Source of the DNA: Chiloscyllium plagiosum
Lineage: Eukaryota
Assembly: GCF_004010195.1 (NCBI RefSeq)
Contig: NC_057718.1
Location: 23,544,612 to 23,608,611, forward strand
Length of the DNA stretch: 64,000 nt
Reading direction: 5' to 3'
Shown piece after piece: positions 24,359-37,160 of the stretch. The position numbers and the translations under genes were made by a program. Numbering within the stretch: the stretch's first letter is position 1; every line of letters begins with the position of its first letter. The notes beneath the pieces are model-generated. The model saw only the letters and a list, made by a program, of their open reading frames with translations. It was not told the DNA's origin and made no database searches.

Positions 24359-25454
24359 AATATGGCTTCACTCATCTCAAATAACCTTGGCTCCCAAACT
24401 GTTTGAACTGGTCACGGATGCTTATGAGTCTGAGCACTGACAGCGGATCCAAGCAGAGAACAGGGAGACTTGCATCTGCAAGTTTCCGCTACCTGGAGTA
24501 GTCAGTCCTCTCGAGCTTATATCCTTCCTGACGGACTCAGCAAAAGGCTCCAGACAACACATAAACAAGGTAGGAGAGAGTGGGCAGCCCTGCCTGACTC
24601 CAAATATGATCCCCACATCTTGATTGAGACTGCACTAACGATGATGGCATAGAGTACTTGGATCCAATTGTGGATCCCTTACCACCCAGAGCATATTTTG
24701 GAGAGCACATCCCACATTTTAACATATGATATCCTGTCAAAGGCCTTCTCCTGGTCCAAGGCAATGAGGCAGGCGTCCACACCCCTGTCCTGCATGTAGG
24801 TGAACAGATCCGTGAGGAGCACGAGGGTCTCCGAGATCATCCTGACCAGTACAGCACAGGTTTGGTCAGAGTGAATCACAGATCCCAGAGCAGATCTGAT
24901 CTGGTTAACGGTGACCTTAAACAGGATTTCACAATCCACATTCAACAGTGAGACTGGTCGCCAGTTTCTAATTTCCTCCCTCTCCCACTTCTGTTGCTTG
25001 CTCAAGTGGAACATGAACCCATAAGGTTTTCATTTGGAGACAGGAGGGCAGCTGAGACACTGCTTCCACATGTTTTGTGATAATCACAGCTTTTCCTACA
25101 CCTCAGTTGTGTCCATCAACATCTCAGCCTTTCGTAACACTGCAAGAAAGGACAGCAATAGCTAACAGTTGTTGCAGGTCCTGTGCTGACAACGCAACTC
25201 AAACTGTATTAATATGGAATGTGTACAATGAGGGCTGTAATCCCCTTTAGATTTGATTTCCTTGTTGGAGGCAGGAATTGGGAGATGAGTTCAATTCTGG
25301 GTCATGACAATAAACAGAAAGCTGAGCCAGGGAGTTAATTGCCTGAGGGACCCAATGAGCCAGTAACGGAGCAGGAATGAAATGAGCCAGTCAAAATGTG
25401 AACCATGTCATGTCAAAATTTCTTACCTTTTAGAGGGTAGTGATGTGTTTCAAA

Positions 25455-25555
25455 TTTAAAAAAAACCAGGAATTCCTGGAAAAACGCAGCAGATCTGGCA
25501 GCATTTGTGAACAGAAAACAGAGTTAACATTTCCAGTCCAGCAATCCATCTTCAA
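25455..25555 (-). mobile_element. Older PLE terminal repeat
   Basis: ctggaaaaacgcagcagatctggcagcatttgtgaacagaaaacagagttaacatttc. Confidence 0.6.
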
Positions 25556-27021
25556 AACATGGTGATGTCTTTTGCTAAATTAGTAAGTCTTTATATAATG
25601 GGGGTAGGGCACCTTTGCCTCACTTAGCCTCTTCAGTGCTACTTCCCCCTCTGATATAAGCTTGGAATTCTTGCTTCTATTGAGCTGGTCTGTTATCACA
25701 CACTGTCTCGCCACTTCACTAACAATGAAAAACACTAATTGGACCAGGCTTCTTAGGAGTTCACAACGACATGAAGTGTCCCATTCATAGAAGTGAACTT
25801 ATTCCAAGGCTTGTTTCCTTCCCATCCCTCAAAATATTGCTGGAGGATGAAAATAGAGTCACAACCTGAGGCCATATGCCTCAAGAGTCCATTTATTCCT
25901 CCTGTCCCACCTCATCCGAGCTGGGAAATGATCTTCACTGGTCACAGTCAAAGAAATAACTCACTGTCAAAATCTGTTTGATTATGCTTCTGTATATCTT
26001 CCTGAGTCTTTTTATTGGATGATTGGCATTATATGAAGGGACAATGTTCTTTCAATAATTCAGAAAGAGTTAAAATCGAAATCCAATGAGGGAGACAGTT
26101 TCAGAAAGAGACTTAATCAGTCCAGGAACAGATCTCTGATATGAGTGTAAAGAGCACACAGAAGAAGGAAAGACTGAAGAGTGATAGCGATATGCCTTTA
26201 GTTGTAGTCTTTTGTTACATTTTGGCAGAAGCTGGTTTGGAGTTTGTGGATACTATTCTTTATTGAGCAGCGAACCATTAATGAAATTGTTCATTTGTCC
26301 TTCAGTATTCCAAGTAAATTCTTCACAGACAGAATGGAGAAAAAAAATACAATGGGTTGAAAGTAAGCCGTATCTCTCCAGTCCACCAAGGATAAATGTT
26401 CCTGCATGGACTACTCCTTGGTGATTATTAGGTGTGCAAGCAAATCTCAACCTTTCTGTAGGTTTCGCCATCATACATTCTGTTAAATAAGTAACTTTCT
26501 CCCAGAGTATAGCTCTCCTCCAAGTTGTCTTTCTCTTCAATCACAGGACCAGGATCATGCCAGCTCCAAGGAACTGCAGTCAATTTCCTATTAACCCTTC
26601 TCCCCACACATGGCAAATGTTGGTGTATGGTACCTGAATGCTGGCAGCACAGCCGAGATATTCAGATAAAGCCACAATGTGAAAATTTCTTTACCCTTTT
26701 GCTTGAGCCACTCTCATTAACAGTTCTGGCCTACCGTAGTTACTACCTAACTTTAGGATAGGTCTTTCTAGCTTAAACATTGCTAAAAAGAGACATGAAT
26801 TCAAAATGTTTTTATCTGGATGGAAAAAAAAGGTTTCAAACTTTCAAAAGAAACATCAATTTCTACATGATGAGAAGAGGATGCTGATTGGTTGGACCGA
26901 GCAATAATAGGTTCTCTACTTCTATCCAATGCACGCCCATGTTTACTGGTTAATATACATGTTTAGATTTCCACAGTTCCATGCACAACATATCGATTTT
27001 ATTGTTACTTTTCATGCATGT

Positions 27022-27492
27022 TTTCCAAGGATAATACCAGGGTTGAAGGATTTGAGCTACAGGGAGAGGCTGAATAGGCTGGGGTTGTTTGCCCTGGAGC
27101 GTCAGAGGCTGAGGGGTGACCTTATAGAGGTTTATAAAATCATGAGGGGCATGGATAGAGTAAATAGACAAGTTTTTTTTTTCCCTGGGGTGGGGAAGTC
27201 CAGAACTAGAGGGCATAAGTTTAAGGTCAGAGGGGAAAAACTTGAAAGGGACCGAAGGGGCAACGTTTTCAGAGGGTGGTGTGTGTACGGTATTAGCTGC
27301 CAGAGGAAATAGTGGAGGCTGGTACAATTACACCATTTAAGAGGCATCTGGATGGGCATATTAATAGGAAGGATTTAAAGGGATATGGCCAAGTGCTGGC
27401 AAATAGAACTAGATTAGGTTGGGATATCTGGTCAGCATGGACGAGTTGGACTGAAGAGTCTGTTTCCGTGCTGTACGCTTCTATGACTCTAT
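27022..27492 (+). mobile_element. CR1 (HER1-like) 3' end
   Basis: PGLKDLSYRERLNRLGLFALERQRLRGDLIEVYKIMRG, TRGHKFKVRG; tail ctatgactct. Confidence 0.93.
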
Positions 27493-28489
27493 TGTTTGAC
27501 ACAGTAGGAACTGGTGGGGGTTTCTCTTTCATTTCAGTATGTGTTAAGTCATTTACAAACCAGATAGAAAAGTAGAAAATCAGATATCAAGTGTTTTCTT
27601 TGATATCAGATTTATTTATGGATTGCATTGTTACATATGCTCACATACTCAGTTACCTGCAGCCTGCATCCCAGAAGTTCCACTGGATTGGTCCACTTAT
27701 AAAGGCAAAGTCATGCAGTGATTTGCCATTGCCTTACAAGATGGCTGACTGGGAGATTCTCCCGCTCTTGGCACTTGCATTCAGGTGGATGGGAAGGATT
27801 TACAGGCTGATAAACAACCTGTTTGACCACATGGATAGACTAATGATGAACAAGAAGCCAAAGATTATCTGGAGAGGTAGGTGGGACTGTAGAGTTAAGG
27901 CCACAGTCAGATCATCCATGATTTTATTGAATGGGGGAGTAGACTCAAGGAGCCGAAAGGCCTAGTCCAGCCACCATGACTTCATATTAATACATCAGTT
28001 AGTGAAATAAGATTAGTTATTGACATTATATCAATTGCCCTCTGAAACTGGAAAAGTCTGTCTAAGATTTCCAAATTTGATAAAGGATCTCACCTAAAAC
28101 CTTTGCCTGTCTTCCTCTTTCAGAAGGTAACTGCACATATTTTTGATTTTCTTTTAGTTCTAGCCACTTCTGGCTCTCTTCATATCATGGCTATTTATAG
28201 CAAAATGCTGAGAAGTTGGAGCTTAATGTTTACACAGACCAGTCAGTGAACTGCTTTTATGTACTTGAAAGGTAACACCATTCATTTCAGGTTTTGTCGA
28301 GTTCTTATGCTCACTTACAGGCAGCAATCAGAAATATTTCTTTGGACTGAGCTTAACGTTCAGTTTATGTTGGATTAGACAGTTGGTAACATTGCTCTTT
28401 CTACCACACATATGGTATGAGAATCATGGTTGTTTAATTTACCAAACAGACGTAATACGAGCAAATGAATTCAGGGGAAGCAGGGTTAT

Positions 28490-28940
28490 AACCAACTAGG
28501 TAAAAACAATGACTGCAGATGCTGGAAACCAGATTCTGGATTAATGGTGCTGGAAGAGCACAGCAGTTCAGGCAGCATCCGAGGGACAGTAAAATCGAAT
28601 GTGGACTTCAGCAATTTCCTCATTTCCCCTTCCCCCACCTCACCCCAGTTCCAAACTTCCAGCTCAGCACTGTCCCCATGACTTGTCCTACCTGCCTATC
28701 TTCTTTTCCACCTATCCACTCCACCCACCCCCTGCCCTCGACCTATCACCTTCATCCCCTTCCCCACTCACCTATTGTACTCTATGCTACTTTCTCCCCA
28801 CCCCCACCCTCCTCTCACTTATCTCTCCACCCTTCAGGCTCTCTGCCTGTATTCCCGATGAAGGGCTTTTGCCCGAAACGTCGATTTTACTGCTCCTCAG
28901 ATGCTGCCTGAACTGCTTGCTCTTCCAGCACCACTAATCC
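28490..28940 (+). mobile_element. PLE insertion: inverted terminal repeat + end of ORF + C-rich linker + hammerhead-bearing repeat
   Basis: 14-bp TSD ggaagcagggttat at 28476-28489 / 28941-28954; NVDFSNFLISP resembles a PLE ORF end; CCGATGA-a-gggc-tttt-gccc-GAAA-cgtc at 28855-28882. Confidence 0.85.
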
Positions 28941-29213
28941 GGAAGCAGGGTTATTCCCATCATCAGTATTATTAATGATCAGATATTGTAATTTATTGTT
29001 GTGCTGTCTACTTTAAATACAGCCTGGGTACAGTGAATAGAAAAAAAAATCAGCTTGCAACCTCGAATGATGGAGAATCAATTCCTTTTCCTGGCCTTGG
29101 ATTACCATTGCATTTCTTACATGTCACAGTGCACTGGTGTTTCAAAGTTACCCTTCACCAACGCTGAAAAGCTTATAGGGCTTTTGTGCCATCCCTTGTA
29201 ATCTTATTGATAA

Positions 29214-29366
29214 GGGGAGAAAGTGAGGTCTGCAGATGCTGGAGATCAAAGTTGAAACTTTATTGCTGGAACAGCACAGCAGGTCAGGCAGCATCCAGGG
29301 AACAGGAGATTCGACGTTTCGGGCACAGGCCCTTCTTCAGGAAGGTGCTTGGAAAGTGCTAGGAAA
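29214..29366 (-). mobile_element. PLE terminal repeat insertion
   Basis: 14-bp TSD aatcttattgataa at 29200-29213 / 29367-29380; intact hammerhead motif. Confidence 0.88.
29310..29343 (-). ncRNA. Minimal type I hammerhead ribozyme motif (intact core)
   Basis: UUC-CUGAAGA-A-GGGC-CUGU-GCCC-GAAA-C-GUC^GAA: stem I UUC/GAA, 4-bp stem II, palindromic ACGU stem III (dimer type). Confidence 0.75.
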
Positions 29367-30902
29367 AATCTTATTGATAACACTTGGGGAAATTACGTAG
29401 AGAGTTATTAACAACTACTGGAATTATCGTAAATTGTTAAACAGTCAGCTAATGTTTCTGCTTGATAGGATACAAATAGCATTCTTTCATTATAAGGAAT
29501 CTCTGTCAATCTGTTCTGTCTTTGTCACCTGTCGCAGACACAGTGATGGACTTTTAACCTTCATTGGGGAATGCGTACCTGATGAGGTCATCATTGGCTG
29601 GGCCAGTATTTATTGTACATCCCAAGTTACCCTTAAGAAGGTGATGGAGAGCTATGTCAAAAAAAGAACTAATTGTAGGTAACAGAGTGTTGAAAGATTC
29701 AATCACCATTTAGTATAACTCCTGATATTTACATCAAAGACAAACACAGTCACTGTCATATCTGAGCTAACACTGAGCAACTTGGTTGCAAACTGCAGCA
29801 TGTTTCCCTCAGCATGTCATGCTGCAAGTGACCCCAGTAAGATGGAGTCCTTTATACCATACGGTCTCTTTGCAATGATATGACCATGATATCAGGAGCA
29901 TATCTATTAAAAGTATATTGCATACTAGATGTAGAGCCTGACATAGTATGTGGGTGGCCAAGTCCAGACCTCATGAGTTAGAAAAGGGGTAGCCCAGGCT
30001 GGTTTCCCAGGACATGTTTACACTTTGTATGTCCACAAAACAGGGCTTCCTCTTTGATTTGACTGCCAGTTTCTGGATGGGATATTTGTGGCCCATACTC
30101 TGTCCTAAAATGGCAACTGCCATTCCAAGTATGTCATAGGACATTGATTCATAGGACATTTATTTGCTTCTAAAATAGCCCCTTTCCCACACAAACAGGC
30201 CCTCAGCACAGTAGGCCAAAGTATGGGATGACAGCCATAGTCAGAGTAGAAATAGGTAAAAGTCATTCATAGTATTTTTTGGGAGTCACTGCCCTTTTCC
30301 CTCTGGATGGGGGCCCTCAATATCTCATTTAAGTTAGAAGATCCTTCAAAATTTGTTGCTAAAGGCAATGCCTATTTTTTCAGAATCTCAGGGAACCTTT
30401 GCACACCAGAATATGCATTTTCTGTCAGGAACGCTTTCAAAATTAATAGTGGGATAAACAAAAGAATCTTTATATCTCTCTCATAGCGAACTACACAAAG
30501 CCAATCTTCTCAAGCAGCTCTGATTATTTTATGCTGACACACTTTTCATTATCTCACAGCCATCTGCTCTATCTCCTGCCTGAAAAACTTAGCTGATCGC
30601 ATCTATCACGAGTCACAGAGTAGAATTATACTCCCGGCACTGAAATAGCTACGTCCATCACACAACATTGGAGTGTCATCTTTTTTATCCACACAACAAT
30701 ATTATCTCTGCTCCCATCCTCAGATGATGAACATAGCACAATAAAGATCAATTTTGTGAATGTTTGCAATCCCATATCAGTGATCTGTTCATCAGCCTTT
30801 TTTCTTTAATTCTGACATTAGCTTGAGTCAGAGAGAATAGAGGCAGATACTAGGAAGTAAAGGATCTCCAAACCAGTTTCTTATTGAATTGTAAGATTTG
30901 CA

Positions 30903-31235
30903 GGGAAGGCAATGGCCTATGGTATTGCCACTAGATTTCAGAGACCCAGGTAATGATCTGGGGACTGGGGTTGAAATCCCACCATGGCAGAACTTGCATT
31001 TGTTAAAAGAAATCTGGAATTAAGAGTCTAATGATGACCATGAAACCTTTGTTGATTGTGTGATTCTCCTAATACCCTTTAGGGAAAAAAAAAGCCAATC
31101 GTACATACTCTGGCCTACATGTGATTCCAGGATCTCAGCAATGTGGTTGTTCTTAACTGGTCTCAGGGCTATTAGGGATGGGAACAAAATGCTGACCCAG
31201 CCAGGAATGCCTGGATCCAATGAATTAAAAAAAAA
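30903..31235 (+). mobile_element. tRNA-derived SINE with LINE-derived tail
   Basis: A box aatggcctatggt, B box ggttgaaatccc, tail attagggatgggaacaaaatgctgacccagccag...tgaattaaaaaa; same family as 43465-44003 and 57590-58015. Confidence 0.8.
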
Positions 31236-31495
31236 CACTCTGGGCAGGATATTTATGCAGTAGAGTCAGGGTTCTGATGATGGAAGTGCTTCAGGTAAGC
31301 AATGGGACCCTCTCATCCTGCCTGGTGAGGTCCATCAGGCTCTGATAACTGTGGCCTGGGGCTCCACATGGTTGGCTATGTTCGGATCAGGAGCTGGAGG
31401 CCCATGACAGAAACATTGGGCCCATGATTTCTGTTCCTACAACCTGCTGCCTGGCCACCTCTTGGCCAGGCATTGTGTTAACTTTAATGTATAAA

Positions 31496-31723
31496 TGATT
31501 CGGAGATGCCGGTGTTGGACTGGGGTGTACAAAGTTATAAATCACACAACACCAGATTATAATCCAACAGGTTTAACACACAACACCAGGTTATAGTCCA
31601 ACAGGTTTACACACAACACCAGGTTATAGTCCAACAGGTTTGATGAAGGAGCGTTGCTCCGAAAGCTAGTGTGCTTCCAATTAAACCTGTTGGACTATAA
31701 CCTGGTGTTGTGCGATTTTTAAC
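31496..31723 (+). mobile_element. PLE fold-back insertion of a different family, with an internally triplicated 33-bp segment
   Basis: TSD ttaatgtataaa at 31484-31495 / 31724-31735; (T)TGATGA-a-ggagc-gtt-gctcc-GAAA-gcta at 31640-31668; inverted arms. Confidence 0.85.
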
Positions 31724-34700
31724 TTAATGTATAAAGTACTGCAGAGAGGAGCCTGCTCTATTTCAAGGAGCCTGCTCTTTTACTTACTTGAAAAGGCAGC
31801 GAGGTCCTTTCTCAGTGCAATAGGGCCTATTTTTGTCTCTTGAGCTTTGTGAGTGCACCCCCTTTGTTTGGAAAATAAGACCACTCTCTGACCACAATTT
31901 GGCCAATTCAGGGAAAATCCCTCTGAGATCACTGTTCCACACAGTGTGAGGCTGTGACCTCTCTGACCCCAAAGTCAAAGTCCCAACCCAAAAGGCAAGA
32001 TCCTGCCTCTGTTTCTGTATCGTAACGAATTAAGCTCGTCAAATTTTGAGAATAGCCATTCTGTGTCATCAGCATAGAAGTAAATGAATTTATTTTAAGC
32101 AACCTCTTCAGACATACATCTGGTGTAGATGGGACTGGAACCTGGACCTTCTGACCCAGAGGTAGGGGCAATACCACTGTGTCACAACAGTACTACAACT
32201 AAATTGAAAACTCACATACACTCTTTGCATAATCAAATAAATAAAACAGACACTTTTTTCTGTATTGATCTCAAGCAGGTTACTATCTCTGACTGCCTGT
32301 CCAGGGCCCCAGTAGTGTCTTGATGTGATCATTTATTTGGCATTTCAACAAATGGACAATGTGACGACATGGGCAAGAGAGCACTTGGGTAATAATACTT
32401 AGTATTTATTGAAATCGCTCTTGACAACAGCAATAAACAGAGCAAGATAATAGAGTTGAGGAGAATGAGCAAGGCAACATGATTCGATTTGGATTGAAAA
32501 TAGAAAATGCTGGGAATACCACCAGGTCCAGCAACATCTGCACAGCGAGAAGGAGAGAATGGCATTTGTGAATTGAACATTTGGATTATGGCAGCAAAAA
32601 ACTCTGTCAGAGAGCATAGCACTTGTACAATTGTACAATCTGTACAATTCTGACAAGGGTGAAGTTCACTTTCGAAAGGGACACAAACAGGGTCTATGGT
32701 TACAATGGACAGGAATATTGGAGAGTGGTGTGTACATAACAGATGACCTATCTTACCCTTGTCTATTTAATCGCCTTGTTGGAGTGGAAGTCCCAGTCCC
32801 TGCGTCTTTATCTTTTTTGATAGCACAACCTTCATCTTTGCATCAATAGACATTGAGTTGGTTTTTAAAGGTTTGCATCAAGAAGAAAGCATCAAATTTA
32901 TGACGTTAACTGAGCTCCGATAGAATAATCTCAAAATTACCCTGCAATCAGAAACTGGTGACTCAAAAGAAATTTAATTGATGTAGCAAACTTAGTTTAT
33001 TTTTTCAATAATTCTAGTTACTTAAAAAAAGCTTTAAATACCAATTAGACAAAGGCTCAACATTCAGTGGAAGGAAATGTGAACTAATTAGAAATACAAT
33101 AGCTGCATGGTGAAAGAGTTTTATTGAGGATTGTAATAATTTATTAGCAAGTACGTAATTAAAGATTGCAACTGCTCGTACTTTTGGTGCTCCACTGAGC
33201 ATTGTTCTGCACTATTTGCATTTTTTTGAATCCATCTGGTTAGAATTAATGACCGAATGCAGACAGACAGATCTCATGGAGCAGAGAATTTGTGAAAAAT
33301 AATTCTATGTTTTGCTTTAATCCTCACGTGAAACAAATGATGAAATTGCAAATGTGTCTAACAATAATATTTGGACAGATAGTCTTTCGGTCTCATTGTT
33401 TGACTAGGTTTATGCGGCTTTGTAACTCCAAATCAATTATATACTGTCATGATATTGAATATATTAGACAACAATGCAGAGGTCTTCTTGGAAATGCATT
33501 CAGATTTAATATGATGGAGAGCATTGAGTAGAAAGAAAATATCTTGAATTATTTGTCATCCTTCCAATTAAGTAACAGCTTTTAAGATTACATTGAAGAT
33601 AACAATTAATATGGAAATGATCCTTATTTAATAATTTATTATTCCTTTGTGTAAGAAACACTATTCCGTAGTTTCGCATTTTATTCAGTTTTGTTTCTTT
33701 CTTTTATGCATACATTTTCAGTCCTCACAGATGATAGACTGTAGAGTAAAAGTTGATGCAGCAAAGAAGATGACTTATATTTTTAGATTCAGAAATAATG
33801 CCTTTGCGTATATCTCTTGCAAACAACTCTTTACAGCATACGCAATGCTACACTTGCACTAACCAGACCTAAATTTTCACAGCTGAAACATAGTTTTTAC
33901 TTATCTTATGCTGTAAGTAAATGATTCTGGTATCATTTGTTGAGGTTCCAATCATGGGTTGGTTTGTAATTGGGACAGAGTGCTGTCACCAATGCTCTTT
34001 TTGATGCTGAGTCTAAGGGACTATCTAATTAGCAATGGTACTGGATAAGTCACTATTGAATCTTAACAATAAGAAGCACTTAGCTTATACAGATGTTTAC
34101 TGTGTGATAGCAAGAGGTGCAAGTTCCATTGTCTATTTAGACATAATTATAATGACTAATGAGTTAAATATAACATATCTGTCCCCGGTGTAATAGGCTG
34201 GCTTATTCTCAGCCCAGGATTATGTGACATCATCAGATTGGGCGGAACCAAATTTAATTTCCAAAATTAACTCTTTCAGAACCATTACCTTATCTAACAG
34301 TGGGCTGTGTTGTAAAAAAGATGTGTGTTTTAAGCCACACCCACACAGACCAGGCTGCACATGGCCTGATGAGTGCTGTGCTAACATCGGCTTTCCAACA
34401 AAATGGTTGGTATTCAAAACTGCATTCAACCACTTCCTTACTCATCAAATAAATGGGTTACAGCAAGAGCATTTGGTGTTACTGAAAAACTAATGTGAGA
34501 ATGAAAGAAGAAGGAGTTTTCCCCAGAGAACGTAGCACCCAAGACTAAATGTACCATCAGAACAGGGGTCTGATCTTAAGAAATATTTACAAGAATGGGT
34601 CTTTGAAAATCTTTGGATCAGTTCCATCATCATCAGAAATGCAATGCTCATATGTGCAATTATTTGTGACAGATCAAACCGAGAATCCAGAAAAGATTTC

Positions 34701-34984
34701 AAACCAAACAGCCAGCTGGTATTTCTGCTTAGGAACAATACACTATGTTGTGGCAGAAGACAGAAATTTCTGCAGACTGCCAAGAAATCTTAAACTTGCC
34801 AAAGGTGTGAGGACCCATTAAGTCACATTCAGATTTTTGTGCAAGAGTAGGCTGTTTGGTCCTCCAAGCCTGCTCTTCCATTTAATAAGAACATGATTCT
34901 TCACACTTTTCAAAACAGCAACTTCCCATTACCTCACCAGCAACTCAGCAAACATCTCAGCACCAGCAGTTCCCATTTTATATT

Positions 34985-35120
34985 TGAGTTCTGAAGAAAG
35001 GTCACTGAACCTGAAATGGCTGCTTTCTCTCCACAGATGCTGCCCAGACCTACAGAGTTTCTCCTGAAATTCTTGGTTTTGTTTCAGATTTCCAGCATCC
35101 ACAGTTCTTTGTATTTTTTT
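34985..35120 (+). mobile_element. Older PLE terminal repeat with hammerhead remnant
   Basis: gtt-CTGAAGA-aaggtc-act-gaacct-GAAA then ctctccacagatgctgcc...ccagcatcc. Confidence 0.7.
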
Positions 35121-35713
35121 CCCATTTTATCTTGGTGTTTAAATTAAATCACCCAGTGACAAGATTTTTGGAAGCTACAAAAGTTGACTCATAAACCATG
35201 AACTCCTATAAGTGCTTATTGCTTGTAATGTCTCCCATCCATTGTCGTCAGTCCAACATGGAATGTAGATTTTATAGAACAGTTCCATTTATATCACTTA
35301 AGGGAAGTTAAATGAGTCTATTTGATCAGACTGCACAAGGATGTATATGGAGCTTTGACCAGTCCTTCAATAAATAACAAATAAATGGCTAAGGGGACTT
35401 TTCAAGATGTCTTTATTGATTTCTTGAATGAAATGAAAACATTTTTTAAAAGAACTGAATTAAACAGAGGCCACAGCAAGCCCAGCTTGACAGTATTATG
35501 GTATAGGTTGACAAATATCAGCAGAGATGTTAAAATTGTGTTTGCAATATGAATTGTGCACATATTCACATTAAATGTATTTGTTTTAACAAAGGTGTTA
35601 TGACTTAATCCCCATTATAAGAGATAACTAACAAATGTATTCTTACGTTTATTGCTAATATTAGGCAGCATGATTCCAGTTGCAAATGAGCTGAATTTTC
35701 ATGATGGACCTGA

Positions 35714-35986
35714 TTGATTAGATTCCCTGCAGTGCAGAAACAGGCCCTTCAGCCCAACAAGTCCACACTCACCTCTGAACAGTAACCCACCCAGACCCAT
35801 TCCCCTACCACTATGAGCAATTTAACATGGCCAATTCACCTGACCTGCACATCTTTGGACTGTGGGAGGAAACGACACAGGGAGAATGTGCAAACTCCAC
35901 ACAGACAGTTGCCTGAGACTGGAATCGAACCCAGGTCTGTGGAGCAGTGAGGCAGCATTGCTAACCACTGAGCCACCGTGCCACCC
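35714..35986 (-). mobile_element. HE1 SINE with internal deletions
   Basis: Head gggtggcacggtggctcagtggttagc; V-domain; tail. Confidence 0.88.
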
Positions 35987-36821
35987 CACTTGGTTCAAGT
36001 TGGGTAATTTTGTGACATGGCAGATCTGCCTCAATATAAAGACCCCTTCGTACACAATCTTTTCTGCAGGGAGGTGAGATTGTATGGAGTAAAGCCAGCT
36101 GATTCCACAAGTAGTATTGACGGAACCATGGGACAGACCAGTTGTTTTAAATAATATCAGGCCCTCTGGTTGTTCTAGTTCTCAGCCCACACCTCACCTC
36201 ACCTCACTCCACCACAAGCATTCCCGAATTCCCCACGCCAGAGTATGTCCCCAGCACTCACCCCTTTCCACCTCCATTTCAACTCATACCTCCATAGCCA
36301 TTCCGTTGCTACTTCGGGTTGATCTCTGGAACCATGAAGGAGTTGAGAAAAACATTCTCAAATAATCTTATAAAGCTCAAGATCCCTTCAAGCAGAAAAA
36401 TAATACTTACATTCATAAAAAATCATAGAAAGATTTTGAATTCCTGCAAGTTGTCAATCTGTAAAAAAAAATCAGTTCAGTTACCATATTAAAGAGAGCT
36501 AATCCTTTTAATATCCCCTTTACATAATCAAGAAGAATGTCAATTGAGCACGGCTTCATGCTGCATTGAATATTTTTGACACTTTGAAACTCAGCAAGGA
36601 TTCATCATAACCTATCTGACATCCAACAATGAAAATGTCAACAGTGAATTCTGTTTGAAACTGCAGAAATAGATGATAATAGTTTTTCTAACTTTGATCA
36701 GCTGACCAGTAAATCAAAGAAGACCAACAAGTCATGTTGTTTTCACGATTAAAGGGTTGAGGATTCAAATAGTTTCCTACTTTGACACTTCAGTCAACCA
36801 TCTCTACATTTCAAGAGTACT

Positions 36822-37160
36822 TATAGAGTCATAGAGTCAAAGAGATGTACAGCACAGAAACAGACCCTTCAGTCCAACTCGTCAAAGCCAACCAGGTATC
36901 TTAAATTAATCTAGTCCTATTTGCCAGCATTTGGCTCATATCCCTCTAAACCCGTCCTATTCATATACCCATCCAGATGCCTTTTAAATGCTGTAATTGT
37001 ACCAGCCTCCACCACTTCCTCTGGCAGATCATTCCAAACATGCACCATCCCACACTCTGCATGGAAAGGTTGCCCCTTAAATACTTTTTATATCTTTCTG
37101 CTCTCACCCTAAACCTATGCCCTCTAGTTCTAAACTTCACCCCAACACTGGGGAAAAGAC
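36822..37160 (-). mobile_element. CR1 3' end
   Basis: FRTRGHRFRVRAERYKK; tail (ctatgact)n. Confidence 0.9.

Larger units (their letters stand above)
22105..25020 (-). mobile_element. Tx1-like (L1 clade) non-LTR retrotransposon, 5'-truncated and decayed, with four nested insertions
   Basis: RT motifs NWRPVSLLNVD, IHSDQTCAV, ALDQEKAFDRIS, GVRQGCPLSP; C-terminal zinc knuckle GCTGEETVTH.LLEC; 3' end aataaagtatatttttggaataaaaa. Confidence 0.88.

Noticed and set aside
28519..28937. Pro-rich ORFs
   Set aside because: They come from the C-rich linker of the PLE insertion.
31543..31641. 33-bp direct repeats as a CRISPR array
   Set aside because: Repeats are contiguous with no spacers, lie inside a TSD-flanked PLE insertion, and the context is vertebrate with no cas genes.
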